NCBI GenBank assembly: GCA_973895155.1
Contig: OZ316894.1
Span: 16,954,463-17,018,462, forward strand
DNA from: Marsupella aquatica
Taxonomy: Eukaryota > Plantae > Marchantiophyta
Length of the DNA stretch: 64,000 nucleotides
Reading direction: 5' to 3'
The notes beneath the pieces were generated by a model. It was not told the DNA's origin and did no database searches. It saw nothing but the letters and a program-made list of their open reading frames with translations. Shown one piece after another: positions 25,652-38,741 of the stretch. Numbering within the stretch: position 1 is the stretch's first letter; each line of letters opens with the position of its first letter. A program made the translations under genes and the position numbers.

Positions 25652-27739
25652 AGTAAGCCAAATTTAGACAACATATTTTTAGCTAGGCTAATTTTTCTCT
25701 AAGCCAATTCCTACTAAGCCAATGTCAATTTCCAATTTCAGGCAATCTTTGTGCATTTTTGAATGTCATTTTTACTGGATGGGATTGTAATGGTAGTACA
25801 CTTTGGTTAAATCATAGGAGTAATGGATCTTGGATTTGAGAATTTACAATGGGAGGATATAACCTATTTTTGAATCATTGCAAAAGACTCTTACACTAAA
25901 ACAAAACCCTTAAAGTATGAGCGCAAGGCCCAAATAGTCAATTTGGATATTTTGTAATTCACCAAAATACATCAAAAACCAATGTAAGTGATTGTAACAA
26001 ATGCACATCCATGCACACAATTTAAATTTGCCCAAAATAACACAATTTTATATTTCAATTTCATAATATTCTAATTCTTAAAGTTCTGATGTCAACCAAA
26101 ACTTGAGAACCAAGTACTATAACACAAATTGACTAAATCCCGAGATGCTACTGTCAAAACTCACACCATTCCTAAATAGTTTTCCTGAACCCTTAGAGAA
26201 CTACAAATCTAACTCTCTAAAGTCCTATCTCTTGTCTCTCATCCCCACTCCTCAAGCTCCATTACCTCAGTTTCCAATAATCTACTTAGGTTCACCAATA
26301 TAGTCCTCTTGAGTCTTGTGAAGGTCCTCCTAAGTACTCTTCTCTTCTCGTTCAACTATCCTTTCCCATCCTCCTCACTCTCATATTACCCAATTCGGCC
26401 CAAAAGCATAGTGTACCACAAATACGTTTGCTACAGAGTGACTCAAGTGATGCAAGTAAGCAGTCCCTGTTCAATGCTGTCCACCAAATTAAAGATTGCC
26501 CCTTTAAAAACGCTAGATTTCCTTGTGGCAATATTAACTACCTTGCAATGTCTATCAATAACCTTTTAATATAGCTAAAACAGTCCAAAAGAAAAGTTTT
26601 CAAAGAGATGAGCAAGGTGCTTCATGAATTCATGAGAAAACCTTCACCATCCCCAAAGGACGCATGAATTTGTGACTCTAATTTCCAAAGAGAAACTATT
26701 CATAAATTCATGACTCTCATTTCCTAAGAGAGGAGCAGTGCTTCATGGATTGATGAAACATTGTCACCCTGTCCAAAAGACTTCTGAATTCTAGACTGAT
26801 TTCAAAAGAGAGGAGCCAAGTGTTTAATGAATTCATGAAGTAATTTACCCTCTCCTTACTCATGAATTCCTGAGTCTCTTCCACTTCTCTTGCGTGTGAG
26901 AAAAAACACCTATACCCCAAAATATGAAAATTTCTGAAAATAGAATTGTGTAAATGGATACCAAATATATCCATTAGGTTAGTTTGTCTTGGAGGCAAAA
27001 ACTAATTGAAGAGAATTGTTCAGATTTTTTTGGAGTTTTCTTTGGAGTTCTTATCAACACGGTTTATTAGTCATCAATTGTGCCTTCTATTTTAATTTAA
27101 CTAGATTCAAGTTTGGCATACACTTATGATTTTTTTCTAAATTAATTCAAGGGCAGATTTATGAAACCCCACAGAAAGGGAACAGTCAGTCACAATATTT
27201 GAACCTAAGACCTAAGATTCACTACACAAGTGAGCTAGCAGACAACCCTGCCTCTTTGGGCATGAAACACTTAGGATTATTACACTATAGAGTGAAGTTG
27301 GTGACACAAGTTTGCTTCAGGTGGAACTAGAAAGGGTCTGATGACCACCAAAGATCTATAAGACATTTATTTACGGATATCCATTAGAGGTCCCTGACAA
27401 ACTCTCTGTCACAGGTTGTGCCACATCAGCATAACCAGCCACAAACATGAAAGACCATATTTTTTATAGTAACAAAAGCGCACATTCATGTTTGTGGCAA
27501 AAGCAACATAATTTTTGGGGCGCCATGCTTTAAGTATTAAGCATAATTAAACCGGATTGCAAAGGAAGAGATGTCATTTAGTAAAATAAAGTTACCATTC
27601 TGATATTTGTCAATTAATGATATATCAGTGTTTTACATCAAAATGCTTGTATTTTTTAATTGTTTGCAAGTTAAAAAAAACCAGTTGATAGACGTGTACA
27701 TAGTTAGAACCCTTTTGGCTCCACATTGTAAAACTAAAT

Positions 27740-28840
27740 AGTTAATCTCCTTAGTACTTGATAAAATCTGGCAATGATTCATTGGAAAGCTCAAGATCAA
27801 GATTTAGAAACTCATGACATCTTTAGTACTATCTTGATAAAATCTCTCAATGTCACTTTCATTGGAAAGAGTAAAATTAGAAACTCATCATCTCCTTAGT
27901 ACTTGACAAAATCTATCAATGTTAGGTTCATTGGAAAGCTAGATAAATTTGGATACTCATGATCTCTCTAATTCTTGACAAATGATCCCAATGTCACATA
28001 TTAGAAAGCTAGAGAGATTGAAAACCTAATGATTTCTTTAGTACTGTGACAAAATCTGACATGATATTTATCAATGTCGAACTCAATGTTGGAAAGCTAA
28101 AAGAATTCATGAACTCATGATCAAAATTTCTTATTGTCACACTCATTGGATAAGAAGAGAAATTAAAAAATTCATTTGGAACTTGACAAAATTTGTCAAT
28201 TTGAGGCTCATTGGAAACAATTTCTTGATTAAGAGATGTCACAATCTTCACTGTCGCAAATTTAGCCGTTGCAAATTGATTTCTTTGATTTTGTCACCAT
28301 CAATTGTCCACAACGCTTGCTTCCCAGCTTGAATTGATTGCGTCCCTCCAGTCTTCAACTAAAGCTCACTTTGAACACAAGTTGACGCCAATGCAACCTC
28401 TATGTTGAAGAAACAATTATTGGCCTCCCCCTCACACCATAGCTTTCTTAAATAAAAAAAACTACAAAACCTTTATGTGAAGTGATGTTCGCCCATTTTG
28501 TGCATTCTTTCCACCAAAACGGCAAGCGCTCTTTTGCCACCAGCTGAGTGTTATCCTCCAGTCTGTCTTGTGGAGGTAATGCTAAACGTAACTCACAAAC
28601 GATCAATCAAGAATGGTAGAAACACGATTTCTCCAATGTGTAAGCGAAAACCGTCAAAAAACTCAATTCCTCCACATTCAATCTTCCATTCGATAAACCA
28701 GAGGGATCATCTCAACGACATTGATCTCTTTTGTATGAGCATACACCAAGACCATCGGGAGACTCAAAACCATCGGTTACAGCCCTTGCTAAAAATTGAT
28801 TTCACTTCATCACACACACATTCCTTGGATGAACATAGGG
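27740..28840 (+). repeat. ~1-kb dispersed repeat, copy 1, with ~70-bp internal subrepeats; TE-derived
   Basis: Colinear with 42070-43100 (e.g. AAAAGAATTCATGAACTCATGATCAAAATTTCTTATTGTCACACTCATTGGA; GAATGGTAGAAACACGATTTCTCCAATGTGT). Confidence 0.85.
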
Positions 28841-30411
28841 GTCCATTGATTAATTCATTCAATTCCATTTACAAGAAACTTTCATTTATTTGAATTTGCA
28901 TTAGAAAACATTGTCTCCCTCTTGTATATGGATTAGTTGTGGTGATCACAACGTAAGAGGGTAAAAATAAACAATTATATATTAATGCTCATTGCTTATG
29001 TCATGCAGGAGGAAACTTCTTTGACAACCATTTCAGATTGAGGATGACACCAATGTTTGCCCAACCTATGATGAGTCATGAGGCAACATTCATAATCTTC
29101 AGTACCCTTGTTCAGCAAGGAGTTGCATATTAGTGTTCATTCTAAATTGCACATCAGTGATGAATGAGTCATGTTGCTAACACTACAATGTCACACATTT
29201 GGAGCTGCAATCTGAAAGATTTTATGGGTCTGGCTATCTACTTAATCATTATCTAAAGAATCTGAGGTAACTCACGTAGGTAGATTTTAATATCACCCTT
29301 TTGGTAATTTAACTTTTCCTTGTGTTTTGTTAAAACTTGGTTGTCAAATTTGTGTGAAGGTACGGAGTGCTATCTTAAATTTCTCAAAGAAGTTGAAACA
29401 ATAAATCTATTCTAGACTTCATTCTTAAAGGGGCCAAATTCCAAATTGTAGAGACATATGAGATGCTTTTGTTCATGTTGGCATACATCATGCATTTCTA
29501 ATGAGTAAGCACTAGAGGTATGTAGATGAAGATAGGAAAGGAGAACTAGTTCCCTTGGTGTATGAATTTAATCTGAAATTGCTTGACTTTTGTTTGTTCT
29601 TGATTGTGATGATTACCAGATGATTACCATTCACATACAGTAATGTGTCTCCATATTGGTTGTACTCATGCAACCACTTTGGTTTCATGGTTTTTGACTG
29701 GACATTGCTCACCATTCCTACACCTTGAGGGAAAAAAAAATAGCCAAACTTTTGTCAAAAGTTCAAAATTAAAAGTGTAATGACAATACAGTATCTTCTT
29801 ACATACTAGTTTTAAAGATGAATAAAACTTAGACTGGCTTTACAAGAAAAAACATACGATCAAATCTTCCTAGCATACATCAAGTCTTCCTTCTCAAACC
29901 CAACAAGTACAAATCACCATTTTGACATTATTCATTGGGACCCACCAATTGCTATGTAGGCTTTGGGAATACTAGGACTGAAGTGAGCACTAGATACAGT
30001 CTACGCTTTGGCTTCTTGTAAGTTCTTTGGGTTGTAAGTTCTTTGTAATCCAAAGCTGGCTTGTGCAATATTTGTAACTGTTCCTGTAGAACCTTATTTA
30101 TGGCCAATAAATTGTTGCATGTTGCAGTGTCACAATTTGAAACGTGACACATCTATTGGCAATGTGTGAGCTGATAATAGACTACCAACCTTGATGTCAG
30201 ACAAACATCTGAGACCCTGATTACTCAAACATGGCCTGGAGCCAGACAAGAAAACTTACTATTCTAGAGCAAGCTCAGTTACAATGCAACAGATTTGCAC
30301 ACAAATTGAAAAATGGTAATGAAATTGCAAGTGACCAATATTCACCACTTGGTCACCTCTTACAAATTTTGTGAAGTGCAAGGATAGAGCACTCCTTATA
30401 TTTTATTAACC

Positions 30412-31113
30412 ATAGGTTGTCTCTACAATGATTGATAAAATGTCTTGAGACAATCTTCAAGACAACCTGTTGTTTTTCTGCCACTTGAGGTCACTAAGAA
30501 GCATTTAGGCATTACTTGTCTGAAAGACTTATTAAAAAAAACTCAGAGATGAAGGCTAATAAGAGCAATAGGTTGTCTCTACAATGATTGATAAAATGCC
30601 TTGAGACAATCTTCAAGACAACCTGTTATTTTTCTGCCACTTGAGGTCACTAAGAAGCATTTAGGCATGACTTGTCTGAAAGACTTATTAAAAAAAACTC
30701 AGAGATGAAGGCTGATAAGAGCAATAGGTTGTCTCTACAATGATTGATAAAATGCCTTGAGACAATCTTCAAGACAACCTGTTATTTTTCTGCCACTTGA
30801 GGTCACTAAGAAGCATTTTGGCATAACTTATCTGAAAGACTTATTAAAAAAACTCGGAGATGAAGGCTGATAAGAGCAATAGGTTGTCTCTACAATGATT
30901 GATAAAATGCCTTGAGACAATCTTCAAGACAACCTGTTATTTTTCTGCCACTTGAGGTCACTAAGAAGCATTTTGGCATAACTTATCTGAAAGACTTATT
31001 AAAAAAACTCAGAGATGAAGGATAATAAGAGCAAGGTCACTAAGAAGCATTTTGGCATTACTTGTCTGAAAGACTTATTAACAAAAAACTCAGAGATGAA
31101 GGCTAATAAAAGC
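30412..31113. repeat. 155-156-bp tandem repeat, 4 full units plus 1 half unit
   Basis: Near-identical units start with ATAGGTTGTCTCTACAATGATTG at 30412, 30568, 30724 and 30879; a truncated unit starts at ~31035. Confidence 0.95.
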
Positions 31114-31759
31114 GTAGGAGCTTTGAGTCCGTATCCCACCAGAGGATATTCATGCGCTCCAATTGATTGGCAGCCCCGCCAAATGGCGTGTTACCCAAAA
31201 TTCTTCACAGACAATGAAGAAAAAAAAAATAGCACTCTGCGTTGGTGAGAAGACTCGGTTCTCAAAAAAAATTGTAGAAAGAACCTGCTGTCAGTGTTCC
31301 CCCATGTCATCCGTTGTACACCTCCCAAAATTAGGCAAGAGTAAAAAGTGATTTAATTTCACTCCCCAATTTGAAAACGAGGACTCTCTACCTGCATACC
31401 ACATTTTCAGAATTATTCAGAAAGGGCTGAGTTCAGCTTTGAGCTGTTACTAGCATTTTAAGTAACAAAGGAGAGCACTTAAAAAAACTTCCTGTCTGTC
31501 ATTGCTGATATCAACTCACTAACTATTCAATACAACTCTGACAGACAGCAGTCTAGAGTCTAGAGTACTATGACCAATTTAAAGCTAAAAGACAAATTAT
31601 TTCACAGTACACCTTCCCATCTCCCAAAGCACCCCAAGATGTTATTACGATATAGGGTAACAATAGGAACCAGAATGTGCACATGAGTAACAGATCAAAA
31701 AATACCTGTGTCTGATGAATAGTCTATTCAGACTAAAGATAAGCTGGAGCTCCTGGACC

Positions 31760-34700
31760 TCAGGGTGTTGCTCCCTTGCGCTGTCTTTTGCCAAACAAAG
31801 TTTCTGTGGTTACAAGGGTGTCCTTCTTGTTTAAAAAAGGGCTGCTCTGAGCCAGTGATCTTGTTTTGTCTTTGAGGTTTGCGACTGATTGTACATATCG
31901 GTGCAATCGCCAGAGTGTTGCTGGCTCCTGAAAATAGACATCAAAGAATTAGGAAATACCAAGACGAGAAGAAAACGTCAAGATAAAATTCTTTTCCCAC
32001 ATACTTACCAAGGCCTGTAAGATAATTGTGTTTCATACGACTAGCTATTTAAATGAACCCATCCTATTCGATCGCTTCTCAGTAGTAAATTATCATAACT
32101 GATCGTCAAATCACATGTATTTGTAATAAAATTGGATTTCCAAAACCGACTAGACCAAAAAATGATCGCACCTGAGCATCAATGTCAACCTCCACCTCAT
32201 CAGCAGAGGCGTTGAAGCCCGGATTCTTCTGAGCAATAATCTGGATGACCCTCTGTAGATTGTCTGGTTGCAGCCGGCCTAGGCTATGCCCCAATTGTCT
32301 TTTCTCTTCAATTGACATGGCCCTGCAAATCGTACAAAACAAACTCAATTTTGAGCGATCAACCAGGTTACTTGACTTGAGAACTTCTGCAACAAGCAGT
32401 AGAGATAGCAATTCCGAAGTTGTACAACAAATGAACGTCACCTGCATCTTGGAGTGGCCTTCCGCTTCAATTCTTCAAGAGATTTATCCAGTTCCTCAAG
32501 CTGCAACATATAAAAAGCCAATAAACTTACTTTGTGAATAAAGACTACCAACAAAATTTCCTGACTTCACGGCCTTTCTTAATAAGAATCACGACACATA
32601 TTGATTTTGAAATGCGTTTATGTTTCCAATACCCTTCGCCTAGAACACTGACAAACATAAGCTCCAACTTTAGATAACAACTACCTCGCGGCCGGCATCT
32701 TGTGCCAGTTTTTCGATGGCTGTTTCCTCCGCTGCCTGCAAGGCTGCTGCTTCCATTGCATTGGCCTCTCTGTCTTCTTGCTTCCTCTTTAAATCCTGAT
32801 ATTTGGCCACATGTTAATGGACACCCACGAACCAGTATCCTAAAAATAACTAACCAAGGAGAATCCCATAATGGACGAAATGTGGCTTGAAGCAAAACCT
32901 AGGTAGCTATCATCAACGAAGACGAAATCTGCTAGTACGGAGACAAACCTCTTCCTGCAATTTTGGCTCTAAAACAGCCTTCCACTTTTCTTCGAACTTT
33001 TCAGAAAGGGTTTTTGCCATGATGTGCACATCTGAGCCGTCTGGATTGTATTTCATTGCATTGCTGAAGACTAGTCTGATATCAACACAAATTTCCTGAA
33101 CATGCTTGTAGCCCGTCCCGTCCTTGGAATCCATGCGATCCCGTATTGTTCCCAGATCCATCGGTTTCTTGATTATCTACAAGCAGTACGCAGTAAACCT
33201 CAAATAAGTTAGAAGACGTAACAAAGAGCAAGGCACATTCATACACACGTGAACTTAAGAATCTACGAAGTCCATTGACGATGATTCTATTCTAAGAAAT
33301 ATAGTCAAGGCGAAAGTCTACCATCCATAGACCCCACGACCTTAATCCAGTAAAAACAGTCATCCATTACAGATCGACTTGACATTCATACATACGTGAA
33401 CTCAAGAATCTACGAAGTCCATTGACGATGATTCTATTCTAAGAAATCTATTCATGGCGAAAGTCTGCCATCCATAGACCCCACGACCTTGATCCAGTAA
33501 AAACAGTCATCCATTACAGATCGACTTGAAGATCTAGCAAATACAGAACGAGGATGAGGGATCCAACTTTTCCATGAACCAGAACCGAACATGCTTATCG
33601 AATGAAAAGCTGATAAGCTTTTCACTTAAAAGATAAACGATAGCCATCCATCGACCTGCCCTTCAGCAGTTTGAAGAGACTGTACTTATTATTCCGACTT
33701 TGAGGATAGAAAGATGACCTCATGGTAGTCATTCAAGTTGAGGGCATGCACATCCACTGGCTCCATAAAAGGCCAAGCCCACTTGTGTTGTGTAATCTGA
33801 AAAGACCAATTCAATCTGTTAGAAAATACTACTGAGATGAACACAAGTCGTTCGCAGCTAATTCCCAAACTCATCACCTTTAGGAGTTGCTGCCAGATCC
33901 CAGACCCCAGACCCCAATCCTAATACCGTGGAATTGTATCCACCGAACTAAGAGCTGAATGGCAAAATGGTCCAGAAGCATACCTGTCTAAGAACTGTAC
34001 CCAACTGGCGCATAAGTTCTGCCATGCGTTTCGCTCGGGCAATGTCACGGCGCGAAGCGTCGAGTTGTTGTTGCTTCTTGTTACCAACTCCGGCCTTTTC
34101 TTTGTCCCGATCTTTAGTGCTCACCACAGGTTTGGTACTCGGGCTTTTAGCTTTCCACAAAAATGCGCGCTTGCGGTTCACATCGGTAACCAGCCGTTCC
34201 ATCTGTTCACGGTAAAACTGGCAAGAAATTGTATACAAGGGTTCGATTCGAGCAACCAAGAACACTCAGCTTCAAAATGAGAAACGAGCGCTGAAGACTT
34301 ATTATCTAAAGTTGACCATTAATCTTCGAGATTCTTTAACGCAAACACTAGCTCACTATCGGAGAGCTTGAGAAGCTAACTTACTTCCAACCTAGGTAGT
34401 AACAAATATAAATACTGACAGTCCGGACGTTCCCTCCACGAAATACATCGCAACGGTTTTCTAGATATAAAGCTTACTATTATTTGTCTGGCAAACATCA
34501 CTGGTTCCCCGTCACAATCCAACAGGCACAGGCAGTGATAAAGTAGAATTAGGGCTTTGAGCGCAACTTCAACTCTAAGGAATGAAACGAAGAGACCGAA
34601 TAGTTGTCCAGAGGAAGGTGCTCAGGAACTTCTCTCTACAGAACCACCATTTTTGATTGTACAATTACAGTCTGCAAGGAATGGAGATGTGCCTCCTCAC

Positions 34701-35445
34701 TTTCAAAATAGAAAATAGACTAAATCGTCTGAAGAGCTTGGATCGGTGCACTGCTGCAGCAGCAGTTCCAGTCGTGCTTCCCCGTGAGACTACCCAGGGC
34801 GGTGTCTTGCTCAATTTAGCCGCATTACAGCTGAACTTCTGACCCGACGTTGTGGAGAGCTCCGGCCAGATGATAGGAAAGAAAGATACGCAAATACCGT
34901 TGCTTTATGACAATGTAGAGAGAGTTATGTATTTGGAAAGTCAAAATGTAGACTATTCCAAGCAAGCTGCACATCATCATCAAATTTGCTAGACCAAACA
35001 CACCGCCCACCGTTCAAAACTAGTAATCCTTTTGTATAGGATAAGAGGAGCAGAGCAGAACAGAGCAGGGAAGGCGAGAGAGTAAAGTTACCTCCTCGAC
35101 CTTCGAAGTGATGTCCAGAACTTGTTGTTTCAAGCTCATCTCGAGTTCTTCGTCCTCCATGACGGAATAATCCTTCCCTGTAGCTGGAGGCATCGGCGCC
35201 TTCTCTGCGCCCCCTCCACCTCCTTCCTTGGCTTCCGAAGAATTGTTCGTTCTAGTAGGCCCGGAAGGTTTTTCTCCGCCTGCTCCTCCTCCTCTGCCCC
35301 CCATTGCCGCCGCAACAACCACTTTATCACCCTCTTCCCCTCTACGGATCTGAAGCACGCTGTCAGTTCCGCCTCTACTCTCAATCGCGTCGCCTCCTAA
35401 CCCTGGTCCTGCTACTCCTCTAACTGCTGCTATCCCTTCTTGCAT
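31760..35445 (-). CDS. GTE1: Bromodomain and extra-terminal (BET/GTE1-GTE6/IMB1-like) transcription regulator, 8 exons, ~455 aa
   Basis: Exons 35445-35092, 34202-33984, 33796-33719, 33176-32949, 32795-32685, 32500-32442, 32322-32172, 31927-31760 (1368 nt, GT-AG). Bromodomain QHKWAWPFMEPVDV..DY.EIIKKPMDLGTI...LVFSNAMKYN; ET domain MSIEEKRQLG...EVEVDIDAQEPATLWRL. Confidence 0.92.
33235..33528. repeat. ~148-bp tandem duplication in GTE1 intron 3
   Basis: ACATTCATACA...AAGAATCTACGAAGTCCATTGACGATG...CAGATCGACTTG occurs twice with few substitutions. Confidence 0.9.
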
Positions 35446-35882
35446 CACTCCTCATTTGTCTCCAAGAGAAACCAAACAAACCTTCAGCGGAACCCCAACG
35501 CGAAACTCCATCAAGAACCAAATACGTCTTTCACGGCTCACCCTGCGTCACGGGGGTAGTAGACGGGCGCGGGGAGTAGTAGCGTGTCTTGCCGTTCGAA
35601 ATGTTACCAACCTTAGGCACCTACAAACGACGAGAATCACAGCCAGTGGTCACTTCACACTAAAGACCGTCCGAACTACAGTAAACCTCAAACTTCAGCC
35701 AAACGGCAGTCAGTCGCTCTCTCATGGAGTAGGCCGCCGTGACCACCAACAGAGCTGATAGGAAGTCAGATAGGAAGTCAGCGCAGAGCAGAGCAGAGTA
35801 TATTCATCACCCTCAGTAATAACGAGCGACACAATCACACAGAAATGACAAATTGACACTCAAGCTTCGCGTCGATTTGTCA

Positions 35883-36506
35883 TCACCCGACATCGGCGTT
35901 CTTTCCCAATTCCGACATCGTTTTGAACGAACGAACACCGATGAATGCTGCACGAGTGCTCGGGAACCAGCGGAACGACCAACAACTCACCCCACATCGG
36001 CGTTCTTTCCCAATTCCCACATCGTTTTGAACGAACGAACACCGATGATGCTGCACGAGTGCTCGGTAACCAGCGGAACGACCAACAACTCACCCGACAT
36101 CGGCGTTCTTTCCCAATTCCCACATCGTTTTGAACGAACGAAAACCGATGAATGCTGCACGAGTGCTCAGGAACCAGCGGAACGACCAACAACTCACCCG
36201 ACATCGGCGTTCTTTCCCAATTCCCACATCGTTTTGAACGAACGAACACCGATGAATGCTGCACGAGTGCTCGGGAACCAGCGGAACGACCAACAACTCA
36301 CCCGACATCGGCGTTCTTTCCCAATTCCCACATCGTTTTGAACGAACGAACACCGATGAATGCTGCACGAGTGCTCGGGAATCAGCGGAACGACCAACAA
36401 CTCACCCGACATCGACGTTCTTTCCCAATTCCCACATCGTTTTGAACGAACGAACACCGATGAATGCTGCACGAGTGCTCGGGAACCAGCGGAACAACCA
36501 ACAACT
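35883..36506. repeat. 104-bp tandem array (6 copies) inside a larger degenerate compound repeat (~35715-37040) upstream of GTE1
   Basis: Unit TCACCCGACATCGGCGTTCTTTCCCAATTCCCACATCGTTTTGAACGAACGAACACCGATGAATGCTGCACGAGTGCTCGGGAACCAGCGGAACGACCAACAAC at ~35883, 35987, 36090, 36194, 36298 and 36402; diverged units at ~36650 and ~36930. Confidence 0.95.
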
Positions 36507-37266
36507 CTCTCTCTCATGGAGTAGGGCGCCGTGAACACCAAGAGAGCCGATAGGAAGTCAGCGCAGAGGATAATCATCACCCTCACTAATAAGAAGCGAC
36601 ACACTCAAAAATTACCAAATGACACGCAACCTTCTCGTTGAGGAGTCATCACCCGACATCCGCAGTCTTTGCCAATTCCCACACCGTTTTGAACGAACTA
36701 ACACCGACGAATGCTGCTCGAGCAGAGAATAATCATCACCCTCAATAGTAAGGAGCGACACAATCACACAAAGATGACAAATGACATGCAAGCTTCGCGT
36801 CGAGGAGTCATCACCCGACAACCCCGACATCCAGAATGCTGCTCGAGCAGAAGATAATCATTACTGTTAAAAGCGACACAATCACACAAAGATGACCAAA
36901 TGACATTGCAAGCTTCGCGTCGAGGAGTCATCACCCGTCATCCCCGTTCTTTACCAATTTCCGCATCGCTTTGAAGCAACGAACACCGATGAATGCTCGG
37001 CAGCCAGCGAAACGACCAACAAGCGAAAAACCATGGAGAAGGGAATCACGCAGTGTTGCCGATTACACTACGCTCCCGGTCTATCATCGGCTCTACTCTA
37101 TTCTCATTAGCTGCTGTGCTCTTCTCACCTGCAACAGATACTCGATTCGCTTCACGTCAACCGTCCACTCCACTGCACGCCGAATTCTGCGATCACAGAT
37201 TCACAAGGTATTCACCACTCACTCACCATTCACCTCCTGACGCAAACTCAAACTCAAACTCAGCTG

Positions 37267-37430
37267 AAGATCGCTCCTCCCTTTCTTCGACGCAATCAGC
37301 AGTCGCGTGACAGAATGGCAGAAGATCGCTCCTCCCTTTCTTCGACGCAATCAGCAGTCGCGTGACAGAATGGCAGAGGATCGCTCCTCCGTTTCTACGA
37401 CGCAATCAGCAGGCGCGTGACAGAATGGCA
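37267..37430. repeat. ~55-bp tandem repeat, 3 copies
   Basis: GATCGCTCCTCCCTTTCTTCGACGCAATCAGCAGTCGCGTGACAGAATGGCA repeated three times. Confidence 0.9.
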
Positions 37431-37664
37431 GCACCAATTTACAGAATTCGCCAGCGAGCTGACGAGCTGTCTGTCAATTCGAGTTGCAGTGTGCGAAACT
37501 GTGATAACGATAGAAAGAGAAGGACTTTTATGAGGTACGTCAATCCTCCAGGCATTGGCATGCGGAAAAAGAGATGAGTAGAGCTGTAGTGAGTTTGGCT
37601 CTCCACTCTACGCCAGTATATACCACGTACGGAGATTGTTAACCTTTCATTTCGAGAGAGATAT

Positions 37665-37825
37665 GCTTAATAGACCCCCTTCTGGAAAAAGCTTGCTTAA
37701 TCGACCCCCTCCATATTTTTCCCCAATCTGGACCTTTGATGGACCTTTCAATCTCAGATCTGGACCATTGATGGACCTCAGGGGGTCGACCAAGTAACAA
37801 GTTTCATTTTGGGGGTTAATTAAGA
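37665..37825. mobile_element. Possible small MITE with imperfect TIRs
   Basis: Left CTTAATAGACCCCC...CTTAATCGACCCCC and right GGGGGTCGACCAAG...GGGGGTTAATTAAG are inverted-complementary. Confidence 0.45.
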
Positions 37826-38741
37826 AAATTCCAAACTTAGTTTCTAGCCTATTGATTAGCCATCATATTAGTGAAAATATAATAGAGTTTTTTATTAATC
37901 TGTTCCCAAACTACCTTACTACCCTATATAAGTGACGTGTCCCTCAAACAAAAATAATTGTCAACCTGTCTCTCATTTCATACTTAGGTTAACAAAATTA
38001 ATTATCAATGCGTCCCTCATTTCATACTTAGGTCACTATTAGCTCACATATGGTATCTTGTTGCCATTGGCAAGTCACTATTGGTTAGCCTTAACCCTCC
38101 ACCAAACCCCTCGGCCAAGGGAGTTTTGATTTTGTCTACTCAACCCTGGAAGCGACAAAATATCTGGGATTGAATTTAAGCCCAAGGTCATTGAAGAAAA
38201 CTTTCTGGAACTCAGTGGAACCATCCGTCCCTTTCATGGTTGGACCAATTAGATTTTTCTTCCAACCAGAGCTCCCTGCTGTGGGTGACCCTATCAGGAC
38301 CCTTCGCATAAATTTTGCAAAAAATAAAGTTACACTAGTGGAGTTATGGCAGTTTTATTTAGTTTTCAAAAATGGCTCAGAAAGTTTAAATATGAGGATT
38401 CACTCTTCCATATTTGAAAGGTCTAGTCCCCTTTGCATATGTTATTTTTTTAATTAGCTAATTTCATAAACATTTGGTTGGTTATAACCAATCAAACTAA
38501 GTAGTTCTTATCTAGTAGGTAAGATTTGATTTAGGGGAGTGTTTTCACATATCTTCTTTTTGGGCGTCTCTCTTAAGGATAAGAGGTAGTAAACCCCAAG
38601 TCACACTTTGAACATTTCATTTTCTCATTGAGTGAGCATCAAGTGAGTTGAAAGAAATTGATGTCATTTCCTATTTTTATTGTGATTGAGGAAATAGAAC
38701 AAATTTAGAAATCATTTGGTGTTATGAAATGTTAATATAAG

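Noticed and set aside
35883-36506. CRISPR-like array, or the repeat-encoded ORFs at 35853-36604
   Set aside because: Whole 104-bp units repeat with no unique spacers, there are no cas genes and the context is eukaryotic. The unit is not a multiple of 3, so the ORFs are by-products.
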